Positions 34,682-44,454 are shown, counted from the stretch's first letter. The stretch: DNA of 64,000 nt from an uncultured Faecalitalea sp. (GCA_946539765.1 CAMNHO010000001.1:54773-118772), one strand, 5' to 3'. Notes: generated from the letters alone by a model not told the origin. A program made the numbers and translations.

Positions 34682-37033
34682 ATGCGTACACAGCGTACAG
34701 AACGATTACGCCAGAAGATGGTACAAAGAAAAGCGACCCTTTGTTCACAAAGAGCAAAATTATATACGGAATCGTTTCAGCAGACGGAAGGACAATCGTA
34801 TATTCTTCGCAAAGCGAAAGCTTTTGCGTATACGTTGGAAAATATGTCCATCTATCTGGAACCGGATTCACTGATCTTTGGAAACCAGGCTTCGCGCAAT
34901 TTTGCGGCGCCGATCTTTCCGGAGTATTCGATCCAGTGGGTTGTGGATGAACTGGATTCCTTTTCCTTGCGGGAAGGGGATGTCTTCTATGTGGATGAAC
35001 AAACCAAAGAGGACATTCGGCAGATTGCCGGATACTGGATAGGAAAAACCCATGAAGACCGGGTGAATGCCCATCTGACAGAGGCCATCCGTCTGGCTGA
35101 AAAGCAGGGTGTTTTACACCGGGGCGGCATTTCGATGAGTGGAGATGGTCATATTGTTCCGGATCATGAAACCGTATTGAAAACCGGATTTCGTCAATTG
35201 ATCGAACAAGCCAGGCAGAAGCTGGAACAAGCGGATCTGACACGAGAAAATATCGATTTCTATACATCGGTGATCGTGTCTTTGGAAGGAGCCCTGGCGT
35301 TCTTTAAACGATATGCGGCTCTGGCTCGGAAAACCTATGAAACAAGCGGTGATCCGATGTTTTTGCAGATTGCGGATGTGGCGGACCATTTGATGGAACG
35401 GCCGGCCCAAAGCTTTTATGAAGCAGTGGAAGCGTGTTATATGATCCATGTTCTGCAGATGATCGAAAGTAACGGGCATTCTTTCTGCTACGGTCGGTTT
35501 GATCAATATATCTATCCATACTATCAAAACGATATCGATAAAGGGATCCTGACCAAAGAGCAGGCCTTGGAAATCATTGCGCATATGTTCATTATGAACT
35601 CTTCGTGTAATAAGGTACGTCCATATGGCCATACCAAGTTTTCGCAAGGGTATCCCCTATATTCCAACCTTGTGGTCGGTGGGCTGACACCACAGATGGA
35701 GGATGGAACCAATGAGGTGACGTATTTATGTATTGAAGCAATGCATCAATGCTCTTTAGCGGAACCGAATTTTTCAGCCCGTTATCATGAAAAAAGCCCG
35801 CGTTCTTATATCCGGGCCTGTGCTGAATTGATCCGGACCGGTTGTGGTATGCCGAGTATGTTTAATGACCATGTTGTCGCCAGAGGATTGATGGATCTGG
35901 GCATCCCGAAGGAAGATGCGTATGATTATTGTCCGATCGGTTGTGTCGAGACTGGTGTACAAGGAAAATATGGACATCGGGCTACCGGTATGACCTATGT
36001 GAACTGGGGCAAGGTATTTGAGATCATTCTTTATGGTGGTACCGATCCGAATACGGGAATCCACATGATGGATCTCGAGCATTCTTTAAATTCCTATGAG
36101 CATCTATGGAACGAATGGAAACGCTTCTTGAAGTTCTATTCTGATATCAGTGTGGAATGCGATGCCATCTGTGATGAGTCTCTGGCTATCTATGATGTGG
36201 ATCCGTTTGCATCCTGTCTGATCCAGAATGCCATGGTACTTGGGAAAACATTAAAGAACGGTGGCTGTAAATATGACGTGGTATCTCAGTCCAATATCGG
36301 ACCGGTAATCGTTGGAAATTCCTTATATGTGATGAAGAAGCTGGTCTATGAGCAAAAGAAGTTTACATTGGACGAGTTGATGAATGCCTTGAAGGATAAC
36401 TGGCAGTCAGATTCTTCCCGTTATATAAAGAAACAGATCGACCGGATCGACAAGTTTGGCAACGATGTGGATGAAGTGGACAGCATCGTAGCGGATGTGT
36501 TCCATTCGTATCTGGATCTGCTGCCGGATTATCAAACACTTCGTAAGGATCAAGGACCGCAGGTCAGTGCCTATACGATGTCCACCAGCAACATCACCTC
36601 GTATGTACCGAATGGATTTGTGGTGGGAGCGACCCCGGATGGCCGCTATGCCGGCACACCGTTAAACGAAGGCTGTTCGCCAACGCAGGGGACGGACCGG
36701 AATGGACCGACCAGTGTTATCAACAGTGTAGCGAAACTGCCGAATCACAAGGTAGCCGCCGGCCAGCTTTTGAATATGCGTTTTTCACCGGCAACCTTAC
36801 AGGGAGAAGAGAATCTGGAACGCTTTGTGGATTTTCTGATCGTCAGCAACCGAAAAGGGATCTACCATAACCAGTTTAATGTGGTCAGCAGCAACCAGCT
36901 GATGCAGGCAAAAAAGAATCCGGAACAATATGCCGACCTGATCGTACGGGTCGCCGGCTATTGTGCGCAGTTCGTTTCTCTAATGCCGCAGACGCAGGAC
37001 GCGATTATCGCCCGTACGGAGAATGTGTGGTAA
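34682..37033 (+). CDS. Glycyl radical enzyme of the PFL2 / dehydratase-lyase clade
   Basis: 783 aa. The C-terminal glycyl radical motif RVAGY is at 36947-36961. The active-site GCVE (Cys-x-Glu) is at 35939-35950. Confidence 0.85.
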   Translation: MRTQRTERLRQKMVQRKATLCSQRAKLYTESFQQTEGQSYILRKAKAFAYTLENMSIYLEPDSLIFGNQASRNFAAPIFPEYSIQWVVDELDSFSLREGDVFYVDEQTKEDIRQIAGYWIGKTHEDRVNAHLTEAIRLAEKQGVLHRGGISMSGDGHIVPDHETVLKTGFRQLIEQARQKLEQADLTRENIDFYTSVIVSLEGALAFFKRYAALARKTYETSGDPMFLQIADVADHLMERPAQSFYEAVEACYMIHVLQMIESNGHSFCYGRFDQYIYPYYQNDIDKGILTKEQALEIIAHMFIMNSSCNKVRPYGHTKFSQGYPLYSNLVVGGLTPQMEDGTNEVTYLCIEAMHQCSLAEPNFSARYHEKSPRSYIRACAELIRTGCGMPSMFNDHVVARGLMDLGIPKEDAYDYCPIGCVETGVQGKYGHRATGMTYVNWGKVFEIILYGGTDPNTGIHMMDLEHSLNSYEHLWNEWKRFLKFYSDISVECDAICDESLAIYDVDPFASCLIQNAMVLGKTLKNGGCKYDVVSQSNIGPVIVGNSLYVMKKLVYEQKKFTLDELMNALKDNWQSDSSRYIKKQIDRIDKFGNDVDEVDSIVADVFHSYLDLLPDYQTLRKDQGPQVSAYTMSTSNITSYVPNGFVVGATPDGRYAGTPLNEGCSPTQGTDRNGPTSVINSVAKLPNHKVAAGQLLNMRFSPATLQGEENLERFVDFLIVSNRKGIYHNQFNVVSSNQLMQAKKNPEQYADLIVRVAGYCAQFVSLMPQTQDAIIARTENVW

Positions 37034-37034
37034 T

Positions 37035-37808
37035 ATGCTGGCAACGGATAGAAAAGATTATATCCTGGCTTCTATCAAGCGGGTCGGAACGGTCACGGTA
37101 CGTCAGCTGGCATTGCAGCTGCATGTTACGGAAGTGACCATTCGTCGAGATCTGGAGGAAATGGAAGCCCAGGGCTTGTTGGAAAGGGTCCATGGAGGAG
37201 CCAGACGTCTGGAAAAGAAGGGAATCTTATCCTTTAGCAGTGAATACAAGATGATGGATCGCTTACAGTTCCATTATCCGCAAAAGGAGGCCATCTGTAA
37301 AAAGGCGGCTTCGATGATCGAGGATGGAGACTGTGTATTCATAGACGGAGGGACATCGTTATTGCCGATCCTTCCATACATCGCTTCCAAAAGGATCAAG
37401 ATCGTCACACACAACATTTTGATCCAGCAGACCTTTGAGAGCACGGAAGCGGAATTGTTCTGTTTAGGTGGACGAATGGTACCGGATTATAAAATGACGG
37501 TAGGTCCGATTGCCATGAAGGCGCTGGATGCCTTTAACTTCGATCTGACCTTGATTGGGTGTGCCGGGATCAATATGCACACACAGACTGTATATACAGC
37601 AGAAATGGATACGATGATCATCAAACAGAAAGCGATGCAAAATAGTCATAAGTCGTATTTACTGGTGGATTCATCCAAGACAAATGTAAAAGGATTTTGT
37701 AACTTTACGTCTTTCTCATCCTTTGATGGCATTTTGATCGATGAGAATCTGCAGACAAATGAATATCCTGCCAATTTCATTTTGGTCCCGACAAAAGATA
37801 CATTGTAA
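37035..37808 (+). CDS. DeoR-family transcriptional regulator
   Basis: Start moved to the ATG at 37035, 2 nt after the glycyl radical enzyme stop. Has an N-terminal HTH (TVRQLALQLHVTEVTIRRDLEEME) and a C-terminal sugar-phosphate sensor domain. Confidence 0.85.
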   Translation: MLATDRKDYILASIKRVGTVTVRQLALQLHVTEVTIRRDLEEMEAQGLLERVHGGARRLEKKGILSFSSEYKMMDRLQFHYPQKEAICKKAASMIEDGDCVFIDGGTSLLPILPYIASKRIKIVTHNILIQQTFESTEAELFCLGGRMVPDYKMTVGPIAMKALDAFNFDLTLIGCAGINMHTQTVYTAEMDTMIIKQKAMQNSHKSYLLVDSSKTNVKGFCNFTSFSSFDGILIDENLQTNEYPANFILVPTKDTL

Positions 37809-37847
37809 AGAAGAATTGTTTTTCAAAAAATGAAACAATTCTTTTTT
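37809..37847 (+). terminator. Rho-independent terminator
   Basis: The stem aagaattgttt / aaacaattctt is followed by TTTT. Confidence 0.6.
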
Positions 37848-37923
37848 ATAGATTAATGAATTTGTCCTGCATCGATGTTAGATCTTTTGGAAGCAGGACA
37901 AAACGAAAGGAGTATACAGGAAA

Positions 37924-38709
37924 ATGAAACAATACATCGTGGACGCTTTTACAGAGGCTCCATTTACCGGGAATCCGGCTGCTGTCTGTGTGATGGATCA
38001 TTGGTCGCAACAAAAGGCAATGATGAAACTAGCCATGGAGAACAACCTATCGGAAACCGCCTTTGTGGTCAAAGAAGGCAGCCGATATCGGCTTCGTTGG
38101 TTTACGCCGGTGACGGAAGTTGAATTATGTGGCCATGCCACCCTGGCATCGGCGTATGTCATCCTTACCCAGTATGAACCGGATCGGGATGAGGTGCAGT
38201 TTGAAACCATCAGCGGGCTCCTGACAGTAAAAAGGCAGAAGGATCAGTATGCGATGGATTTTCCGACATCTCCATTAAAAGACATACCAGTCACGGATGC
38301 GATGGAAGAAGCTTTCGGGATCCGGCCAAAGCGAGCAGTCCTGGGAATGGATCTGATCTGTGTATTTGAAAAGGAAGAGCAGATAAAGCAGATGCAGCCG
38401 GATTTCAATAAGCTGACAAAGATCGAAGGACGTATCCAGAATGCGACAGCACGAGGCAGCCATGTTGATTGTGTGTCCCGCAGCTTTGCTCCGAAGCTGG
38501 GGATCCATGAGGATCCGGTCTGTGGTTCCGCTCATTGCCAGATTGCTTCGTATTGAGCCCAAGAGCTCAAAAAGAAAGAGATCACCGCATTTCAGGCATC
38601 CAAAAGGACAGGTACTTTGTACTGCCATATACGTGAGAATGGTCGTATAACGATCTGCGGACAAGCGGTTCTGGTTTCCATCAACGAAATGTTTGTTGAT
38701 CTGGGATAG
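37924..38709 (+). pseudogene. PhzF-family isomerase with an in-frame TGA
   Basis: 261 codons in one frame. The N-terminus is VDAFTEAPFTGNPAAV. TGA at 38554-38556 sits in GSAHCQIASY-stop-AQELKKKEITAFQASKRTG, at the position where the family has a conserved Trp (YW). Confidence 0.7.
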
Positions 38710-38756
38710 GATTGTTATTTTAGACAGACTTTTATAAAAATGATAGAATAGCTCAT

Positions 38757-39434
38757 ATGATGAAAAAAACGATCCAAAAGGCTTTTATAACGTCTTTGCC
38801 TGTAATGGCAGGCTATATTGTATTGGGAATTGCCTTCGGTATTTTGTTAAAGGAGAAAGGATTTTCTATTGTATGGGCTTTTATGATGAGCTTGACGATT
38901 TATGCCGGATCGATGGAATTTGTGGCCATTCATCTGCTGGATGCCGGGGCCTCTCTTGTTTCGGCAGCGATGATGACCTTGTTGGTAAATGCTCGTCATT
39001 TGATCTATAGTTTATCCATGCTTGAACGATATCAGGATACCAGACCTTTTAAACCGTATTTGATCTTCGGATTGACCGATGAAACGTATGCGCTTGTATG
39101 CAACGGGGCTCCGGAGGATGTGGACGAAAAAGCCTATTATTTTTTTCTGACATTGTTTGATCAATGTTACTGGCTGACCGGAAGTGTGTTAGGGGCCTTT
39201 TTGGGTTCTTTTATACCGTTTGATACCACGGGTATCGATTTTTCTATGACAGCTTTGTTTATTACTATCTTTGTTGATCAGATCCTGAAAGCGGATTCCT
39301 GTATACCGGGAGTGATCGGGATCGGTTGTTCCGTGCTTTCCTTGTGCATTTTCGGTGCTTCCCGCTTTTTGATTCCAGCGATGATCGGGATCATCGGGCT
39401 GTTGATCCTGGTGGAACGGAAAGGAGACGACTAG
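38757..39434 (+). CDS. azlC: AzlC-family branched-chain amino acid transport protein
   Basis: 225 aa multi-pass. Contains the GSMEFVA motif and is followed by an AzlD-like ORF. Confidence 0.8.
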   Translation: MMKKTIQKAFITSLPVMAGYIVLGIAFGILLKEKGFSIVWAFMMSLTIYAGSMEFVAIHLLDAGASLVSAAMMTLLVNARHLIYSLSMLERYQDTRPFKPYLIFGLTDETYALVCNGAPEDVDEKAYYFFLTLFDQCYWLTGSVLGAFLGSFIPFDTTGIDFSMTALFITIFVDQILKADSCIPGVIGIGCSVLSLCIFGASRFLIPAMIGIIGLLILVERKGDD

Positions 39435-39436
39435 AG

Positions 39437-39760
39437 ATGAACCGCTCAGTAAGTATTGTCATTGTGATTGCAGCTGTTACCGCAATGACCCGCTTTTTGC
39501 CGTTTCTTCTTTTTCCATCAGGGAAAAAGGCACCTGCATTTCTGCAACAGATCACCGATCGATTACCGATGGCTGTCATGGGGATGCTGGTCGTCTATTG
39601 TTTGAAGGACGTTTCCCCATGGAGCTCGTCGCATGGGATCCCGGAATTCATTGCGGTTGTCATCGTCGTGCTTTCTTATGTATACAAAAGAAATGTGATC
39701 CTATCGATCGTATTGGGAACCCTTATCTATATGTTTTTGGTGCAGGGGGCTTTTTTATGA
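39437..39760 (+). CDS. azlD: AzlD-family branched-chain amino acid transport protein
   Basis: Start moved to the ATG at 39437 (MNRSVSIVIVIAAVTAMTRFLPF). It encodes about 107 aa of hydrophobic protein immediately after azlC. Confidence 0.75.
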   Translation: MNRSVSIVIVIAAVTAMTRFLPFLLFPSGKKAPAFLQQITDRLPMAVMGMLVVYCLKDVSPWSSSHGIPEFIAVVIVVLSYVYKRNVILSIVLGTLIYMFLVQGAFL

Positions 39761-40353
39761 TCGTATGGAGCGTACAGCCTAAAAGTGTTTTGGCAGACCT
39801 GGAACAGTATGGTACGATCCGATGTGATCCGTCCCGTTCCTTTAATTTGTCAAAAACAGATTCCTTGAAGCAGCCATACCAATGGTTGATGAAGAAGATG
39901 GAAGAAAGGATCGGGAAAAGACCAGAGGGGGTCTCCTATCCGATCTGGGCATGGCATACGTGGGATTTTGAAAGAAAGGCACCTCCATCGGACAGTGCCG
40001 CTTTCTTAGAACGGACCGAAGACAAGGTGGCATTCACACTTGATATTCCTAAAAAGGAAGTGGTATTGACAGATTTTGATGCCTGGCAGTATGTACTAAA
40101 TGGGTGGCTTTTGACACTGCCTTTGTCCGATCAGAAACAAAGGGCTCTGGAAACATATTTGGATACTCTAAACGAAAAACAATGGGTGGAAACGATCGAA
40201 GCTTCATGGAATTTGGTATTTTTAACCGATCCGGTCTGTACACCGGAATATCATCGTGGAAAATATGTGCAGGCGACCTTTTGGGAATTAAAAAAAGAGT
40301 ATATAATAAATAAGGTGATTTTAGAGAGGAAGGTTTCGGATGAACACGATTGA
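39757..40353 (+). CDS. DUF3841-family protein
   Basis: Start moved to the ATG at 39757, which forms an ATGA overlap with the azlD stop. The WSVQ...YQWLMKKM...YPIWAWH pattern is typical of DUF3841. Confidence 0.6.
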   Translation: MIVWSVQPKSVLADLEQYGTIRCDPSRSFNLSKTDSLKQPYQWLMKKMEERIGKRPEGVSYPIWAWHTWDFERKAPPSDSAAFLERTEDKVAFTLDIPKKEVVLTDFDAWQYVLNGWLLTLPLSDQKQRALETYLDTLNEKQWVETIEASWNLVFLTDPVCTPEYHRGKYVQATFWELKKEYIINKVILERKVSDEHD

Positions 40354-40648
40354 TTTTGATGTATTCTATAAGCAGTTTTCCAACAGGAGAATCAAGGAAA
40401 TGTCTTTTTATTTCACATTTGAAATTGTTGATGTGGAACACTATATTGGCTATAACAAGCGAAAAGGAAAACCTTTTTGGGTCGGTTTCTGTGATTTCCC
40501 GGATGGCTGTGCTTTTGATACGCCAGATCAGCTGGTGTTAGCAGACATTTTCCGTGGCAAGTCTTTAAAGGAATGGTGGCCAGAGATCCGTATTTACGAT
40601 ATTGACGGATTGTCCTGCCAGGACTGGCTGGCTTCTTTAGCCAAGTGA
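40340..40648 (+). CDS. Hypothetical protein
   Basis: 102-aa ORF overlapping the upstream gene by 14 nt. I recognised no family. Confidence 0.4.
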   Translation: MNTIDFDVFYKQFSNRRIKEMSFYFTFEIVDVEHYIGYNKRKGKPFWVGFCDFPDGCAFDTPDQLVLADIFRGKSLKEWWPEIRIYDIDGLSCQDWLASLAK

Positions 40649-40685
40649 TGGGGTTCCATCGCTTTTTTTATGGTAAAATAGCGGT

Positions 40686-41993
40686 ATGAAAAAAAATGAG
40701 CAATATACAGTGACATGTATAGATGATACCAATATGGGGTATGGCATCGCCCGGATCGATTCGATGGTCGTCTTTGTTCCTAAAGCGCTCAAAGGGGAAA
40801 CGGTTCGGATTGCCATTACCAAAGTAAAGAAGACATATGCCTATTGCCGGGTACTGGATATCGTGGCTCCCTCCAAGGATCGTTGTCAGCCTGTCTGCCA
40901 AAAGGCTCGTTTGTGCGGGGGCTGCCAGCTGCAGCACCTGTCCTATCCGGACCAGCTTACCTTTAAGCACCGACATCTATGTGCACTGTTCAAAGATATA
41001 CCGGTGTACCGGCCCATTGGAATGGAACCAGGACTGTACTATCGCAATAAAGCGCAGTTTCCGGTACAGATCAAGGACAATACAGTCCATATGGGATTTT
41101 ATCGGACGCATTCCAATGACATAGTTGATATCGATGTCTGTCCGATCCAGGATGAGACGATCAATCGTCTTTTTCGCACACTGAAAGAACAGTTGACTGT
41201 GGAGCTAGCAGATGGACTGCGTCATGTATTGATCCGCCATTCCATCCATACCGGGCAAAGCCAGGTGGTACTGATCGGATCAAAAAGGAACCGGTGGGAA
41301 CCGCTTGTGGATACCTGTGTCAAGCGATTTCCTTCGATCACAAGCTTTGTCTATAATCACAATGACCGAAAAGACAACGTGATCTTGGGGGATACATATG
41401 AAGTGCTGTTTGGTCATGATTCCATCACGGAAATGTGTAGAGGATATCGGTTCCAGCTTCATTTTAAATCTTTTTTTCAGGTCAATCCGATCCAGATGGA
41501 ACGGTTGTATCAGACGGCGTATGAGTTTGCCCGGTTGACCAAGGATATGACGATCGTTGATATGTATGCAGGGACCGGAACGATCGGAATCTGTGCCAGT
41601 GCCTATGTAAAAAAAGTTATCGGCGTGGAGATCGTGCAGGAAGCTGTTGAAAATGCCAGGAAAAACTGTGCCATCAATCATGTTTCCAATTGTGATTATG
41701 CTTGCCGGGATGCCACGGAATTTACCTGCCAAATGAAAGAGTCCAAAGAAAAGGTAGACGTTGTCTTTGTCGATCCGCCTCGAAAAGGAATGACGAAACA
41801 AGGAATCCAGGACATTTGTATCATGCAGCCAGCAAAAATAATCTATATATCCTGCAATCCGCAGACGTTAGCTAGGGATCTGCAGATTTATCGAGCTAAC
41901 GGTTATCATTGTCAACAAATCCAGCCTGTCGATATGTTCTGCCAGACTACGGGGATGGAATGCGTGAGTTTGTTGATCCGGCAAAACGGATAG
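40686..41993 (+). CDS. rlmD: 23S rRNA (uracil-5-)-methyltransferase, RumA/RlmD family
   Basis: 435 aa. It has an N-terminal TRAM domain, a Cys cluster (CGGCQLQH), the SAM motif DMYAGTGTIG, and C-terminal DPPRKG with a catalytic Cys region. Confidence 0.85.
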   Translation: MKKNEQYTVTCIDDTNMGYGIARIDSMVVFVPKALKGETVRIAITKVKKTYAYCRVLDIVAPSKDRCQPVCQKARLCGGCQLQHLSYPDQLTFKHRHLCALFKDIPVYRPIGMEPGLYYRNKAQFPVQIKDNTVHMGFYRTHSNDIVDIDVCPIQDETINRLFRTLKEQLTVELADGLRHVLIRHSIHTGQSQVVLIGSKRNRWEPLVDTCVKRFPSITSFVYNHNDRKDNVILGDTYEVLFGHDSITEMCRGYRFQLHFKSFFQVNPIQMERLYQTAYEFARLTKDMTIVDMYAGTGTIGICASAYVKKVIGVEIVQEAVENARKNCAINHVSNCDYACRDATEFTCQMKESKEKVDVVFVDPPRKGMTKQGIQDICIMQPAKIIYISCNPQTLARDLQIYRANGYHCQQIQPVDMFCQTTGMECVSLLIRQNG

Positions 41994-42089
41994 TTTCGAT
42001 TCCTCTTTCCATATCAAAATACGTTGATGTTCTGGCAGAATGTGTATTTGACAAAGGCCCCACCTTCTATTAAAATAGTAAAGGATTCC

Positions 42090-42175
42090 GGGGCCGTGGT
42101 GGAATGGTAGACACGCAACTTTGAGGGGGTTGTGAGCGTATGCTCGTGTGCGTTCAAATCGCATCGGCCTCACCA
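42090..42175 (+). tRNA. tRNA-Leu (anticodon GAG), CCA encoded
   Basis: Hand-folded cloverleaf: 7-bp acceptor stem GGGGCCG/CGGCCTC, anticodon loop TTGAGGG, a long variable arm (GAGC/GCTC stem), a T-loop TTCAAAT and a 3' CCA. Confidence 0.85.
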
Positions 42176-42187
42176 TCAGAAAAAGAT

Positions 42188-42217
42188 ACTGTAAAGATGA
42201 TTATCTTTGCAGTTTTT
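42188..42217 (+). terminator. Rho-independent terminator after the tRNA
   Basis: The stem ctgtaaagat / atctttgcag is followed by TTTTTT. Confidence 0.6.
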
Positions 42218-42287
42218 TAATGGGATTTTACTGGATTATAGAATAAAATGGGAGTAAAGTTGAACTAGATTCAGCGGAGGACTTACA

Positions 42288-42755
42288 ATGGACGCAAAGA
42301 TTCGCCAGTATCAGCATAATTTAATCTATAGCGGTGCAGCGACCATATTGTTTGGCATATGGGGAATCGTCAAAACCTGTTTGGTGATTTTTTTGAATGA
42401 AAGTACATATGACATGGCTGAGATTTCACAAGGTTTGCCCATCGAGGTTATGTATGTTATCTTTGGCGTTGTCTATATTATCATATTCGGTTTAGCGATG
42501 TTATTCCGTTTATATATCGGCATTTCTGCCATACAGGAGGGACATGGCCGAAAAAAAAGAGCAATCTATGTGATCATCACGTGTCTCTACCTTCTGTGGA
42601 TTGCGTTGATAAATGGATATATGGTCTATCTTGATCGAACACTGAATGATTGTATTACCATATTTCTGGATGTCACTTGCAACATTTGTATGGTTATGAT
42701 AGTATACTCCTCTTGGAACCTGAGAAAGCTGTTAAAGGAAAAAGGGAGGGTGTAA
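42288..42755 (+). CDS. Hypothetical 4-TM membrane protein
   Basis: 155-aa hydrophobic ORF with SD GGAGGA upstream. It is the first gene of a tightly spaced 4-gene set. Confidence 0.5.
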   Translation: MDAKIRQYQHNLIYSGAATILFGIWGIVKTCLVIFLNESTYDMAEISQGLPIEVMYVIFGVVYIIIFGLAMLFRLYIGISAIQEGHGRKKRAIYVIITCLYLLWIALINGYMVYLDRTLNDCITIFLDVTCNICMVMIVYSSWNLRKLLKEKGRV

Positions 42756-42758
42756 AGT

Positions 42759-43913
42759 ATGCAGATGGATTTTCATTACTATGCGACCTATTGCGCTGCT
42801 TATTTGGCTGGATACTCGCATCAGGACAGCCAGAGCATTGCTTACGCTGCACAGTTTGTGGACTGTTGTTCCCGCACATTTATAAAATCTGTAAAAGGAC
42901 CATCCATGGCTGCAACAACACAGCTGAGTATGGAAATGGCCGATGCGCATACGAATGTAACAGGTCTGCAGGATATTACCCGAATCTGGGCTAGTTTTCA
43001 TTTCCTTCCTTTTGATCTATATGCGCAGCTTCCGGATCGAAGCCATCGTTATATGCAAAAGTACCGGCTGATCTGTAATCCGAACGGAAGACTGGTGGCG
43101 GATACGGTCCAGCTGGCTAAAGGCCGAGGATTAGAAGCATGTGGTCTGGCTATGCATGTGCTTGCCGATACCTGGGCTCATCGATATTTTGCCGGTACTC
43201 CGAGCTTTGTAATCAATAATGCAACGCATTTTGTCGAATTGATAACAATAGACGGAGAAGAACAGGAACGTCCGATCCAGTTCAGTCATAATCCCAGGAC
43301 AGAAGAAGACGTGGAAAAGAATCATTTTGTGTCCAGCCTTTATCAAAATAATGAGAATTCCATGATGAACCTAGGGCATGGGCGAGCAGGGCATTTACCG
43401 GATTACAGCTTTATGCGTTATAGATTTCTTCCTGCCTGGGGCAACTATAAAGAAATTATCAAAGACAATCCAGACGATTATTATCACGCCTTTTGTCAGA
43501 TGGTGTATGCGTTGAAAACATTACGGGATGATCATCTGACTTTTGAAGTAGAAAGATATGATTACCAGGCTGTGGAACCTTACAAAGAAGAAATCTTAAG
43601 AATTTTGAAAAAACGGCAGGTCAATGCATGTGAAGACTGGAAAGCACTGGGTCAGAAAATGAGTGGCTGTTTGATCGATGACTTTGATATTAACCGATAT
43701 GCAAAAGAATATATGGAAGCGCCGGTCAGACATAAGAGTTTTCTTGGTCGTTTCTTTTTAGCGGCTATGGAGCAAAAGAGCATGGTGACCAGAAAGATCT
43801 TTGAATCCGGTAATCTTCTGGCTGGTATCTCTATCGATTATGAAAAGATGGGCTTCAAAGGAATGAAGGAGTTCAAGCGACTGGTCAAAGCGAAGGAGAG
43901 TAGGAAGCTATGA
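42759..43913 (+). CDS. Hypothetical soluble protein with His-rich, metal-site-like motifs
   Basis: 384 aa. Contains an N-terminal DFHYYATY motif plus HVLADTWAH and LGHGRAGHLPD. There may be a distant resemblance to the Zn-phospholipase C / P1 nuclease fold, but this is unverified. Confidence 0.45.
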   Translation: MQMDFHYYATYCAAYLAGYSHQDSQSIAYAAQFVDCCSRTFIKSVKGPSMAATTQLSMEMADAHTNVTGLQDITRIWASFHFLPFDLYAQLPDRSHRYMQKYRLICNPNGRLVADTVQLAKGRGLEACGLAMHVLADTWAHRYFAGTPSFVINNATHFVELITIDGEEQERPIQFSHNPRTEEDVEKNHFVSSLYQNNENSMMNLGHGRAGHLPDYSFMRYRFLPAWGNYKEIIKDNPDDYYHAFCQMVYALKTLRDDHLTFEVERYDYQAVEPYKEEILRILKKRQVNACEDWKALGQKMSGCLIDDFDINRYAKEYMEAPVRHKSFLGRFFLAAMEQKSMVTRKIFESGNLLAGISIDYEKMGFKGMKEFKRLVKAKESRKL

Positions 43914-44446
43914 CACGCGTCAAACGGTGGATATATTTTATTTCCGGCTTATTGTTACTGGGAATATGTGTCATCATCGATGCATTTCCGAATATCGGGT
44001 ACGGGCTCACTCTGCTGTTGATGGTATCCTCCATGATGATCCGCGGGCTGCAGAATTTGTTTTATTATTTCACGATGGCCAAATATACAGTTGGAGGAAT
44101 CGTGGTATTATATAAGGGGATCCTGTTTCTGGATGCCAGTTTGTTTGCGTTTAATTTAGATGATTTGCCAAAAGAATATGTGATGTTGTACCTTTTGGCC
44201 GGTATGCTGGCCAATGGGCTGATTGATCTGCTGCGGGTGCGGGAAGTGGTCCAGTCCGGATCCAGGCACTGGAAATACCAGCTGTTTACCGGGGCTTTTA
44301 AAATATTGATCAGCATCGTCAGCGTAGTATTTATCCATTCAGGAAAGATCCTGTCGATCGTCTATACCATTGGTCTGGCGCACACAGCCATTTCAAGGAT
44401 GGTCATGGCCGTACGGGACACATCCATTGTATACATCAAACCGTAG
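43910..44446 (+). CDS. Hypothetical membrane protein (possibly DUF308/HdeD-like)
   Basis: 178 aa with about 5-6 hydrophobic helices. Overlaps the upstream gene by 4 nt. Confidence 0.45.
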   Translation: MTRVKRWIYFISGLLLLGICVIIDAFPNIGYGLTLLLMVSSMMIRGLQNLFYYFTMAKYTVGGIVVLYKGILFLDASLFAFNLDDLPKEYVMLYLLAGMLANGLIDLLRVREVVQSGSRHWKYQLFTGAFKILISIVSVVFIHSGKILSIVYTIGLAHTAISRMVMAVRDTSIVYIKP

Positions 44447-44454
44447 GAGGTCCT

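Noticed and set aside
34680-35267. Long antisense ORFs in the track (for example 34680..35267, 35114..35647, 41280..41801, 45576..46157, 55269..55751, 57817..58299, 62833..63336)
   Set aside because: Each lies entirely opposite a CDS with strong family motifs (the glycyl radical enzyme, rlmD, FemAB, the pyrophosphatase/pepT pair, the DUF1307 array, murG). None has recognisable motifs or start signals. They are shadow ORFs.
38554-38556. TGA read as Trp (genetic code 4, Mollicutes-like), suggested by the TGA at a conserved Trp position in the PhzF-like gene
   Set aside because: TGA clearly ends many well-defined genes here at the lengths expected for their families, for example 1054..2220, 2207..3259 and 21303..22253. 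The other two in-frame stops are TAA. The standard code with a TGG to TGA nonsense mutation is the simpler explanation.
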